From contig CAZGXU010000005.1 of NCBI GenBank assembly GCA_964530075.1, forward strand, positions 1-61,469: a stretch of 61,469 bases of DNA. Direction: 5' to 3'. The DNA comes from an uncultured Thermotogae bacterium (GTDB taxonomy: Bacteria > Bipolaricaulota > Bipolaricaulia > UBA7950 > UBA9294). The stretch's first letter is position 1. Each line of letters opens with the position of its first letter. Position numbers and translations under genes: made by a program. Below, piece after piece: positions 17,854 to 26,034 of the stretch. The notes under the pieces were generated by a model. That model was not told the origin of the DNA and did no database searches. It saw nothing but the letters and a program-made list of their open reading frames with translations.

Positions 17854-18704
17854 TGCGGATCCGCACGGAAGGCGTCTCGTTCGCCTACGACGCCGCGACG
17901 CCCGCCCTGCGCGGCGTCGATCTCGAAGTGGACGACGGCCAGTCGCTAGCGCTGGTCGGGCCGAACGGCTCCGGCAAGAGCACACTCCTCAAGATCCTGT
18001 CCGGGGTCCTACGACCGGACGGCGGGGCGGTTCTCCTCGACGGCACGCCGCTCCGCGCGCTCTCTGCCAGGCAGATCGCGCGGCGTGTGGGGATGGTCGA
18101 GCAAGAGCGCTCGATGGGGTTCGATTTCACCGTCCGCGAAGTCGTGGCGATGGGGCGGATTCCTCACCGTGGGCGGTTCGCGAGAGAGTCGGCGGCCGAT
18201 CGATCCGCGATCGATCGCGCGATGGACCTCTCCGACGTTCTCAGGCTCGGCCAACGGTCGATCCGCGCCGTTTCGGGGGGCGAACGCCAGCGGGTCTATC
18301 TGGCCATGGCGCTCGCGCAGCGGCCCGACGTCCTCCTCCTCGACGAGCCGACGACCCACCTCGACTTGCGCCACCAAGTGCAGTTCATGGAGATCGTGCG
18401 CGAGCGCGCACGAGACGGGATCGCCGTGCTGATCGCGATTCACGACCTTACCCTCGCTGCGCAAGCGTCCGACCGGATCGCGCTCCTGCGAGAAGGTCAG
18501 ATCGTGGTAGCGGGGGCGCCCGATAAAGTGCTCACGCGATCGAACGTGCGCCGCGTGTTCGACGTCGAGGCACTCGTCGGCCGGCATCCGGAGCGGGGGA
18601 CGATCTATGTCCTCCCGACGCTCGTCCGTCGGCCGCAGCCCTCGAACGCAGCATCGCCGGAAACGGACGATCACCCCGGAGGAAGTGGAATCTGCCCAAC
18701 GTAG
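17853..18704 (+). CDS. ABC ATP-binding protein (BtuD/FepC-like)
   Basis: ATG overlaps the permease stop (TGATG). Walker A GPNGSGKST, signature SGGERQRV, Walker B LLLDEPTTHLD, H-loop IHDL. Confidence 0.9.
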   Translation: MRIRTEGVSFAYDAATPALRGVDLEVDDGQSLALVGPNGSGKSTLLKILSGVLRPDGGAVLLDGTPLRALSARQIARRVGMVEQERSMGFDFTVREVVAMGRIPHRGRFARESAADRSAIDRAMDLSDVLRLGQRSIRAVSGGERQRVYLAMALAQRPDVLLLDEPTTHLDLRHQVQFMEIVRERARDGIAVLIAIHDLTLAAQASDRIALLREGQIVVAGAPDKVLTRSNVRRVFDVEALVGRHPERGTIYVLPTLVRRPQPSNAASPETDDHPGGSGICPT

Positions 18705-20506
18705 AGGTCGGCGAACCGCTCGTCGGCCGACAGCTCGATGTACTCCACCGCCCGCGCGATCCGCACGGCGTCCTCGCGAAGGCCGCGGTCCAGCAGGGCG
18801 CGCCTCGCCCCGTGCCCGGCCGTGTTCCCGACGACGTGGACCCGCGATGGGTCGATCCTCGGCAGAAAGCCGGTCGAGACGAGGTGCTCGCCGGACAAGC
18901 CGACCGAGAACGCGCCGGCGATCAGCACGCGGTCGACTTCTCGCGGGTCCAGGGCCGCGTGCTGGAGAAGGATCTCGATCCCCGTCCGAACGGCCGCCTT
19001 GGCAAGCTGGAACTGGCGGACGTCCCCCTGATGAAGGTGCACCGGTTTCTCACCGTCCGTCAGTCGAAACCGCCGTTCCTTCCCCTCCCCTTCCAGCCGG
19101 CGCGACAGCGGCGATGCCACGTCGGAGAACCGTCCCGACGACTCGATGACCCCCGCCGCATGGAGCTCGGCGACCGCGGAGACGAGGCCGGTTCCGCAGA
19201 GTCCGGCCGGCGATGACCCGCCGATGACCGCGCACTCGATCCGGCCGTCCTGAACGCGGACGGACTCGATCGCCCCGTCGAGCGCCGCCATCCCCTGGAC
19301 GATCGACGCACCCTCGAACGCCGGCCCCGCCGCCGTCGAACAGGCGACCAGCCGACCTCCCTGGGCGAGAACGATCTCGCCGTTCGTCCCTACGTCGAGG
19401 AAGAGGGTGCACCCTTCGCTCCGCGAGAGATCCGTCGCCAGAATCCCCGCCACGATGTCCGCGCCGACATAGGCGGAGATCGCGGGAAGCGTTTCGACGA
19501 CCCCGCGCGGATGCATGCGCAGCCCCACGTCCTTCCCCCGGCACCGGACCGCCCCGCCGAAGACCGGAGCGTACGGACTGACGTCGATCCCCCGCGGATC
19601 GACGCCGAGAAACAGGTGAAGCATCGTCGGGTTACCCACGACCGTCGCCGCATAGATCGACTCGGCCGGGACCCCGCTGTCGGCGATCGACCGCTCGACC
19701 AGCCCATTCAGACCGTCAATCACCGCCGAGTGGAGCTCCGCGAGGCCCGGATCGCCCCGGCGCCGGACGTGCGCGATCCGCGCGATCACGTCGCCGCCGA
19801 ACCGACGCTGCGGGTTCCGCGACGCCACCGCGCCGATCTGCTTCCCCGCCGAGAGGTCGAGCAGGTATGCCGCCAGCGTGGTCGTGCCGACATCAAGCGC
19901 CAGGCCGTAGAGCCCGGTCGCGGATCCGGCTCGGATGTCCACGATCTCGCCCTGCCCCTCGGCGACCGAGACGATCGCAGCGACCCCCTGCGAGGCGATC
20001 CCCAGACGCCGCAGCGCCGAGAGCGGCACGCGCACCCCGACGCCGAGCGCTCCGCGCAGCCGGACGACCGCGGGGCGTGGATCCTCGCGCGATGGCGGAT
20101 CGAAGCGGACCTCGCGCGACGTCACCATCGGGGCGAACCTGCCCCCGAGAGCGGCCATGTCGGCCCGCGCTTTGTGGTCGAGTTCGCCGGCCGCGAGCCG
20201 AACCTCGATCGTCGTCGTCCCCGCCAGGAGATGAGCGCACGCGAGCCGCCATCCATCGGCGAGCTCCGACGCCTCGAGCTGCGCCCGATCCGCGGGCACC
20301 GGCCTCGGCGCGCCGTCGAGGAAGCGGATCCGACACTCGCCGCATGTCCCCTGCCCGCCGCAGGATCCCGGGATCCGGATCCCCTCCTCCTGCAAGGCGT
20401 CGAGGACCGTCTGGCCCGGCTGCCCTCGGATCACCCGCCCCTCGGGCATGAGCACGAGCTGGACCACGGCTTCCTGCGACCCGTCGTCGCTCCTTCTAGA
20501 TCCCAC
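18671..20506 (-). CDS. Corrinoid reductive activator (RACE / RamA- / AcsV-like): [2Fe-2S] ferredoxin fused to ASKHA ATPase (DUF4445)
   Basis: N-terminal plant-type ferredoxin motif CGGQGTCGECRI...ACH, then ASKHA phosphate-binding motifs (GLALDVGTTT, LFLDVGTNGEIVL, ...CGTGL). Alternative GTG start at 20467. The 3' end overlaps the convergent ABC ATPase by 34 nt. Confidence 0.85.
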   Translation of the reverse strand: MGSRRSDDGSQEAVVQLVLMPEGRVIRGQPGQTVLDALQEEGIRIPGSCGGQGTCGECRIRFLDGAPRPVPADRAQLEASELADGWRLACAHLLAGTTTIEVRLAAGELDHKARADMAALGGRFAPMVTSREVRFDPPSREDPRPAVVRLRGALGVGVRVPLSALRRLGIASQGVAAIVSVAEGQGEIVDIRAGSATGLYGLALDVGTTTLAAYLLDLSAGKQIGAVASRNPQRRFGGDVIARIAHVRRRGDPGLAELHSAVIDGLNGLVERSIADSGVPAESIYAATVVGNPTMLHLFLGVDPRGIDVSPYAPVFGGAVRCRGKDVGLRMHPRGVVETLPAISAYVGADIVAGILATDLSRSEGCTLFLDVGTNGEIVLAQGGRLVACSTAAGPAFEGASIVQGMAALDGAIESVRVQDGRIECAVIGGSSPAGLCGTGLVSAVAELHAAGVIESSGRFSDVASPLSRRLEGEGKERRFRLTDGEKPVHLHQGDVRQFQLAKAAVRTGIEILLQHAALDPREVDRVLIAGAFSVGLSGEHLVSTGFLPRIDPSRVHVVGNTAGHGARRALLDRGLREDAVRIARAVEYIELSADERFADLYVGQIPLPPG

Positions 20507-20546
20507 GATCCCCCCGCTTGCGCTTTCCCATCCGGCGTCTCGACGG

Positions 20547-21344
20547 CTAGCGGCGCTCGCGCGCTCGATGGTGCCGGATGTACTCCATGCAGTACTCGTC
20601 GTTGCCGAGGAGCGCCCGCGCCGCGCAGACCGTCTCCGCGATCCCCGGATCGGTCGGATCGAGGATCGCTCCCTCGAGTCCGGCCTCGAGCAGCATCGCG
20701 AGGAACACGCGGTTGAGCAGCCGCCGGTCCGGCAATCCGAACGAGACGTTGCTCACCGCAGCGAGCGGTTTGACCCCGAGCTCGTCCTTGACGCGGCGGA
20801 TCGCCCCGAGGACCTCCCGCCCCTGCTCCGGCGAGCTCGCGACCGACATGCAGATCAGATCGACATACAGCCGATCGCGCGTCACGCCCGCCGTCTCGCA
20901 CTTCTCGACGAGCGCCGCCGCCTCTCGGACCCGGTCGTCGGCCGACTTCGGCATTCCGGCCTCGCCCATCGCCAGGCCGATCACCTCGCATCCGCGCTCC
21001 GCCGCGATCTCGATCAGCGCCGCCTTCGAGGGCTCGTTGCTGATCGAGTTCATCAGCGGCGCCCCGGAGCACCGGCGGATCGCCTCGGCCATCACGTCCG
21101 GATCGGACGTGTCGATTCCCAACCGTACATCGGGGCCCGATTCGTCCTCCACCACGCCGATCAGCCAGACGAGGTCGTCCAGCTCGCGATCCATCGACTG
21201 TCCCGCGTTCAGGTCGATGACGTCCGCTCCCGCCTCGAGCTGCCTCCGCGCGAGCCCGCGGATGTGCGTTTCGTCTCGATCCGCGATCGCACGGCCGACC
21301 CGCTTCCGCGTGGAGTTGATCAACTCGCCCACAATCAAGAACAT
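20547..21344 (-). CDS. Pterin-binding methyltetrahydrofolate:corrinoid methyltransferase (MeTr/AcsE/MtvA-like)
   Basis: 265 aa. Starts FLIVGELINSTRK..., with VIDLNAG, GIDTSDP, PLMNSIS, VSNVSFGLP: the dihydropteroate-synthase-like pterin-binding barrel pattern of MetH/AcsE-type methyltransferases. Confidence 0.85.
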   Translation of the reverse strand: MFLIVGELINSTRKRVGRAIADRDETHIRGLARRQLEAGADVIDLNAGQSMDRELDDLVWLIGVVEDESGPDVRLGIDTSDPDVMAEAIRRCSGAPLMNSISNEPSKAALIEIAAERGCEVIGLAMGEAGMPKSADDRVREAAALVEKCETAGVTRDRLYVDLICMSVASSPEQGREVLGAIRRVKDELGVKPLAAVSNVSFGLPDRRLLNRVFLAMLLEAGLEGAILDPTDPGIAETVCAARALLGNDEYCMEYIRHHRARERR

Positions 21345-21413
21345 GCCCGTCCTCCCTCGGCGGATGATCCGCCAATCCTAGGTTCGGGCGCCCCTCGAGG
21401 CAAGGCTCGCGCC

Positions 21414-23231
21414 CTATTCGTAGTAGCCCTTGTGGTTGAGGGTCCGCGCCCACATCTCCATCCGCGGTCGAAGCAGCATGGCGATCGCGCGCGGTTCCCA
21501 GATCCCATCCGTCGTCAGCCCCTGGTAGATCGGGTACTCCTTCAACGTCTGGTAGACGTCGAGCAGCTTGTCGTCTCGAACCTTCATCAGCGCCCTGGCC
21601 CCTCCGCCCGCTTCGAGCGCCGCTTCCACGTCCTTCGCCGAGCGCGCGTACTCGTCGATCATCGCCAGGATCACGAGCCCATCTCGCACGCGCACCAGCT
21701 CCTCGCTCGGATCGTTTCCACACGCGCTCTCGAACGCGTCGCGCGCCGCAAGCAGGTCCCCGCGATCGCGCCGGTGCCAATACGATTCGATCCGCTCGAT
21801 CCCCTGGGCAACCGTCCGGCGATCCTCCGCGGTGGAGGTCAGATAGCCCGCAGCGGCGTCGACGAGCTGCTCCCGCGCGACGGCCGGATCCCACGCCATG
21901 CGCATGAATGCGAAGTCGGACAGGAACCGGCCCGGCGGCGCGAGCCGATACGAGCACACCCCGCTCGCAGGAAGCCTTCCGGTGTACTCGAACTCGTCGA
22001 TCGTGTGGTCGAGATACGGTTTGGGGAACAGGCTGAGTCGATCGAGCATCCCGAACTCCTTGTCCATGTAGAAGAAAAAGTTCCTCGACCGGAAGCCGCG
22101 TTTCGCGGCGACCTCGAGGATCTCGATCGAATCCGAACGTGTCAGGCGCGGCCCGAACTCCTGGTCCTTCGTCAACTGGTTCACGCTCAGATCCATGAAC
22201 ACGACATCGGACGGCATGCCCCGAAGCAGTTGATCTTGGATCTCGTCGACGTTCTCGATCGCCGTCGTCGGGGGGTAGATCCCCCGAAGCGCCCCGAAGA
22301 ACCCCGACAACCAGTTCCAGAAGACGACCTCTCCTTCGGGGTTCCGCTCCTTCAGGGCCCCGCCGATCTCGCGGACGGCGTCCAGCCAGACCGCCGCTGT
22401 ATCCGGCCTGCAGCGCTCACAAAGACACCACCCGAGCGGCTCCGTCACCATGATCTCGATCCCGTCGAGGCCCTCGAGGAAGTCGAGCGAGTACCGGTGG
22501 TACTTCATGATGACGTCCTTCGCCTTCGACCAACACAGGGCGAGCCCGAAGTAACCACGGAGGGCGTCCGTCCGCAGCTCCGGGTGATCCCAGAACACCT
22601 GCGTCGGCACGTGGTTGTACGCCGCCATGACGTTCACTTTCATGCCCTGTTCGTGTGCGTACGCGATCGCCTGCCGCTGCACCTCCAGTCGCCACTTCCC
22701 CTTGTGGGTGGAAGGCACTTCGGGGTGGTACGGAAAGAGGCCGAGGATCGACAGCCGATTGACATTGAACCCGCGAACGAAGTCGATGTACGTCTTCCAC
22801 TCGTCGAACGTCCACATGTCCGGCGTCATCTTCGTCATGCCCATCGCGTACGACGCCACCCCGACACGTCGATCGGGCCAGCGCGGCGTCGACACGGAGT
22901 CCCAGGTTGCAGAGAACGGAGCGCGGATCTGCTCCGTCCTGATCCGCATAAGCAGGCCGTAGATGCCGTTCGCGGCGCCCGCATCGGAGTTGGCGGCGAT
23001 CTCGATTCGAGCCGGCAAAGACGAGCGGATCGCGTACCCCTCGTCCCCCAGACCGGGGACCGGCGGCGTTTGCACGCCCGCCAGGATTTCCGCGTCGAGC
23101 GGGACGTCGCACCACGTCCGAAGCCCCGCCGAAAGCCGCGCCGCCGCATGATCTACCTGCGAGTGGAACCCGGACCCGACGCGGCCGGTCGTTCCTCCCG
23201 GCGCGATCCGAAGCACCCTTCGCTCAGTCAC
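21414..23231 (-). CDS. Hypothetical cytoplasmic glycoside-hydrolase-like protein (paralogue 1)
   Basis: N-terminal module GYAIRSS..ARIEIAANSDAGAANGIYGLL resembles the GH20b/GH67-N type domain preceding TIM barrels. The central region has alternating beta/alpha character. No signal peptide. Clearly paralogous to 42480..44372 along the full length. Start set at GTG 23231 after AGGAGGAGGG (ORF-track start 23300). Confidence 0.5.
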   Translation of the reverse strand: MTERRVLRIAPGGTTGRVGSGFHSQVDHAAARLSAGLRTWCDVPLDAEILAGVQTPPVPGLGDEGYAIRSSLPARIEIAANSDAGAANGIYGLLMRIRTEQIRAPFSATWDSVSTPRWPDRRVGVASYAMGMTKMTPDMWTFDEWKTYIDFVRGFNVNRLSILGLFPYHPEVPSTHKGKWRLEVQRQAIAYAHEQGMKVNVMAAYNHVPTQVFWDHPELRTDALRGYFGLALCWSKAKDVIMKYHRYSLDFLEGLDGIEIMVTEPLGWCLCERCRPDTAAVWLDAVREIGGALKERNPEGEVVFWNWLSGFFGALRGIYPPTTAIENVDEIQDQLLRGMPSDVVFMDLSVNQLTKDQEFGPRLTRSDSIEILEVAAKRGFRSRNFFFYMDKEFGMLDRLSLFPKPYLDHTIDEFEYTGRLPASGVCSYRLAPPGRFLSDFAFMRMAWDPAVAREQLVDAAAGYLTSTAEDRRTVAQGIERIESYWHRRDRGDLLAARDAFESACGNDPSEELVRVRDGLVILAMIDEYARSAKDVEAALEAGGGARALMKVRDDKLLDVYQTLKEYPIYQGLTTDGIWEPRAIAMLLRPRMEMWARTLNHKGYYE

Positions 23232-23433
23232 TTCCCTCCTCCTGTCCGTGACGCCATGGGACACGGGGAGAGGCTGGATCCTGGCTGAGTCAACCGACAC
23301 TGACAGCGTGGAGTCTACGGGAGAGCTCGGATCGGATCAACCGCGCCCCGGCCTTGCGACGCCGGATGCTCGATCCCATCTCGTTCGCAGGACGCCGCCC
23401 AGCCTCCCCTTGCCGCGAAGCGAGCCCGGTGGA

Positions 23434-23461
23434 TTGCTTGACGGAGGCCGCCGCGTATACT
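23434..23461 (+). promoter_or_regulatory. Candidate sigma70-type promoter for the first URO-D-family gene
   Basis: TTGCTT (23434-23439), 16-nt spacer, TATACT (23456-23461), in the 280-nt divergent intergenic region. By-eye match only. Confidence 0.3.
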
Positions 23462-23580
23462 GTGCGACGCCAGAGCATAGCCTTCCATGATCCACCTAGT
23501 CACTCCGCTCTGACCCGACAGGCGGCCAACGCACAATCGCCCGAAGTTGGCGGGGCGAGCACACGACGGCGCAGAGAGGA

Positions 23581-24708
23581 GTGATCGAGATGATGTTTGA
23601 ACCGAATCCGGATTTCGGGAGACTTCGCCGTACCCTACTGTGTCAGGAGCCGGACCGCGTTCCGACTGCCGAGCTGTACGTCGATCGCCCGGCGAAGGAA
23701 GGGTTCTTCGGAGAGCCGGTCGACAGTCTGTCGAAGAGTATCGAGTTCTATCGCGCGGCCGGATACGACTACTACGGGCTCCGGTTCAGCTACGCGGACG
23801 ACTTCCACGTTGGGGATTTCAGCAAGTCCGGCCGCGGCAACGCGACCTATACGAAGACCGCCTACGGAGACGAGGGAACGAGGAAGCGCCATTGGGTCAG
23901 AGGCAAAGACCACTACATCAGCACCCTGGTGGACTTCGAAGCGTTCGAGTGGCCGGTCGCGGAGACGGACAAGGTTGCCGGAGAGGCGGACATCGACGCC
24001 ATGCCCGCCGAGGAAGCGCTCGACATCGTCCGCGAGCACCTGCCGAAGGGGATGAAGGTGATCGCCTGGTGCTCGGGGATCTTCGAGTACGTGAGCTGGC
24101 TCATGGGCTTCGAGAAGTTCTGCGAGGCGCTGTACGACGATCGCGAGCTCATCGGGCGGATGTTCGAGCGGGTCGGCGGCCTGTTCGCCAGCCTGTTCGA
24201 GTACATGGCCTCGATCGACATCGTCGGGGCGCTCTGGTACGCGGACGACGTCGCCTACGCCCAGGGGCTCCTCTGGTCTCCGAACCTGATGCGCAGATAC
24301 CTGTTCCCCTGGTACGAGGAGCTCGGGTCCATCGCGCGCCGCAACGACCTGCCGCTGATCCTGCACTCGGACGGCGACCTGTCCAAGATCCTCGAGGACT
24401 ACATCGCGTTCGGGTGGAATGCGATTCAACCGGTCGAGCCGAAGGCGATGGACATCCGGGAGCTGAAGCGCCAGTACGGGAAGAAGCTCTGCTTCATCGG
24501 GAACGTCGACCTGAGCTACACGTTGACGCGTGGAACCCCCGCGGAGGTCGACGAAGAGGTGAGAGGCCTGATCCGCGACGTTGCGCCAGGCGGTGGGTTC
24601 TGCGTCGGATCGTCCAACACGATCACCGACTACGTGCCGGCGGAGAACTACCGCGCCCTGCTCGAAGCGACGTTCCGCTACGGCGAGTATCCGATCCGTC
24701 TGCCCTAG
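23581..24708 (+). CDS. URO-D/MT2-family methyltransferase paralogue 1 (lacks the His-x-Cys motif)
   Basis: 375 aa. URO-D family N-terminus (LLCQEPDRVPTAELY) and C-terminal barrel LILHSDGDLSKILEDYI...NAIQPVEP...LCFIGNVD...PGGGFCVGSSNTI. Where the other paralogues have H-[ST]-C-G-N, this one has H-S-D-G-D. Start could be ATG 23590/23593. Confidence 0.85.
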   Translation: MIEMMFEPNPDFGRLRRTLLCQEPDRVPTAELYVDRPAKEGFFGEPVDSLSKSIEFYRAAGYDYYGLRFSYADDFHVGDFSKSGRGNATYTKTAYGDEGTRKRHWVRGKDHYISTLVDFEAFEWPVAETDKVAGEADIDAMPAEEALDIVREHLPKGMKVIAWCSGIFEYVSWLMGFEKFCEALYDDRELIGRMFERVGGLFASLFEYMASIDIVGALWYADDVAYAQGLLWSPNLMRRYLFPWYEELGSIARRNDLPLILHSDGDLSKILEDYIAFGWNAIQPVEPKAMDIRELKRQYGKKLCFIGNVDLSYTLTRGTPAEVDEEVRGLIRDVAPGGGFCVGSSNTITDYVPAENYRALLEATFRYGEYPIRLP

Positions 24709-24820
24709 TCGGATGCGTTGCGGGCCTCGGCTGCGCACCGCAATCGCGTAGAGTCGAACGGGAGTACAGCCCGGCTCACCCTCCCTTTGCTTGACATCGG
24801 AGCGGAACTGTGGTAGCGTA

Positions 24821-24842
24821 TAAACGTTTACGTAAACGTTTA
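24821..24842. promoter_or_regulatory. Perfect 22-bp palindrome: candidate LacI-family operator
   Basis: TAAACGTTTACGTAAACGTTTA equals its own reverse complement. It contains two TAAACGTTTA sub-palindromes with central CG, as in LacI/GalR operators, and sits immediately 5' of the LacI-family gene. Confidence 0.55.
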
Positions 24843-24856
24843 ACCAGGAGGGGCTC

Positions 24857-25897
24857 ATCTCCACGATCAAGGACGTCGCGAAGGACGCGGGGGTCTCCAT
24901 CGCAACCGTCTCCCACGTGGTGAACGGCACCCGACACGTCAGTGAGGAGCTGACGGAGCGCGTCCGGGAGAGCATGACCAGGCTCGACTACCACCCGGAC
25001 CGGGTCGCCCGAAGCCTGCGAACTCAGAGGACCCACTCGATCGGCCTGATCGTCTCCGATATCTCGAACCCGTTCTTCTCGGTGCTCGTCCGCGGCGCGG
25101 AGGACGCCGCGGCCGAGCGGGAGTACAGCGTCATCATCTCGAACACCGACGAGGACTTGGAGAAGGAGCGTCTCTACGTCAACGTCCTCCGTCAGCGCCG
25201 GATCGACGGCATGTTGATCGCCCCCACCGGCCAGCTCGACGAAGATCTTCAGTTCTTGACGACTTCGGGGATCCCGTTCGTCTTCGTCGATCGGAAGATC
25301 GAGGGCGTCGCGGCACCGGCTGTCCTCTCGGACAACATCGACGGTGCCTTCGCCGCGACGCGACATCTGATCGAATTCGGCCACACGAGAATTGGAATCA
25401 TCCTCGGCCTGAAGGGCGTCTCCACGAGCGAAGAGCGGTACCTCGGATACCAACAGGCGCTGCGGGCCGGGGGGTTGACCGAGGAAAGCGACCTCGTCGT
25501 CCGAGGAGATCTCCGCATCCCCGGAGGAATACGCGCTTGCAACGAGCTCCTCGATCTCACCTCGCCGCCGACGGCCATCTTCAGCTTGAACAACCTGACG
25601 GCGATCGGCGTGCTTTGCGCCATCCGGGAGCGCGGCCTGAAGTACCCGGCGGACATCTCGGTGATCAGCTTCGACAGCCCGTGGTGGATGGACCGCGTCC
25701 TGTCGCCGCGGTTGACCTACGTCCGCCAGGATCCCTACGAGATCGGACAGAGAGCGCTGAGCATGTTGATCGCGCGGATCGAGGCTGCCACTTCGCAGGA
25801 AGAGCAAGCGGCGCCGGACATCGTCCGCATCCCCACCGAGCTGATGCTGGGCGAGTCCGTGCAACTCCTTCGCGAGTCGCGGGAGGCACATGGATAA
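24857..25897 (+). CDS. LacI-family transcriptional regulator
   Basis: HTH TIKDVAKDAGVSIATVSHVVNG plus periplasmic-binding-fold sugar sensor domain (IGLIVSDISNPFF..., ...FSLNNLTAIGVL...ISVISFD). The ORF-track GTG 24917 would delete the HTH. There is no ATG/GTG/TTG between the in-frame TAA (24833-24835) and the HTH, so I place the start at ATC 24857 after CAGGAGGGG (uncertain). Confidence 0.8.
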   Translation: MSTIKDVAKDAGVSIATVSHVVNGTRHVSEELTERVRESMTRLDYHPDRVARSLRTQRTHSIGLIVSDISNPFFSVLVRGAEDAAAEREYSVIISNTDEDLEKERLYVNVLRQRRIDGMLIAPTGQLDEDLQFLTTSGIPFVFVDRKIEGVAAPAVLSDNIDGAFAATRHLIEFGHTRIGIILGLKGVSTSEERYLGYQQALRAGGLTEESDLVVRGDLRIPGGIRACNELLDLTSPPTAIFSLNNLTAIGVLCAIRERGLKYPADISVISFDSPWWMDRVLSPRLTYVRQDPYEIGQRALSMLIARIEAATSQEEQAAPDIVRIPTELMLGESVQLLRESREAHG

Positions 25898-26034
25898 AGG
25901 GAAGCAGCTTTCGGGCCTATGGAACGCCTCTCCGCTGGGTCCCGAACACGCTTCGAGGAGGTGGTAGGGGAGAGGATGACTGGGAGGATCTGAGGAGGCA
26001 CTGGCACCGACCTGGGATCTAAGGAGGCGTGAGG

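Noticed and set aside
25898-26034. Repeated GGAGGATCTGAGGAGG / GGGATCTAAGGAGG motifs upstream of the SBP gene as a regulatory repeat.
   Set aside because: These are short purine-rich SD-like strings with no symmetry or resemblance to the LacI palindrome. Evidence is insufficient.
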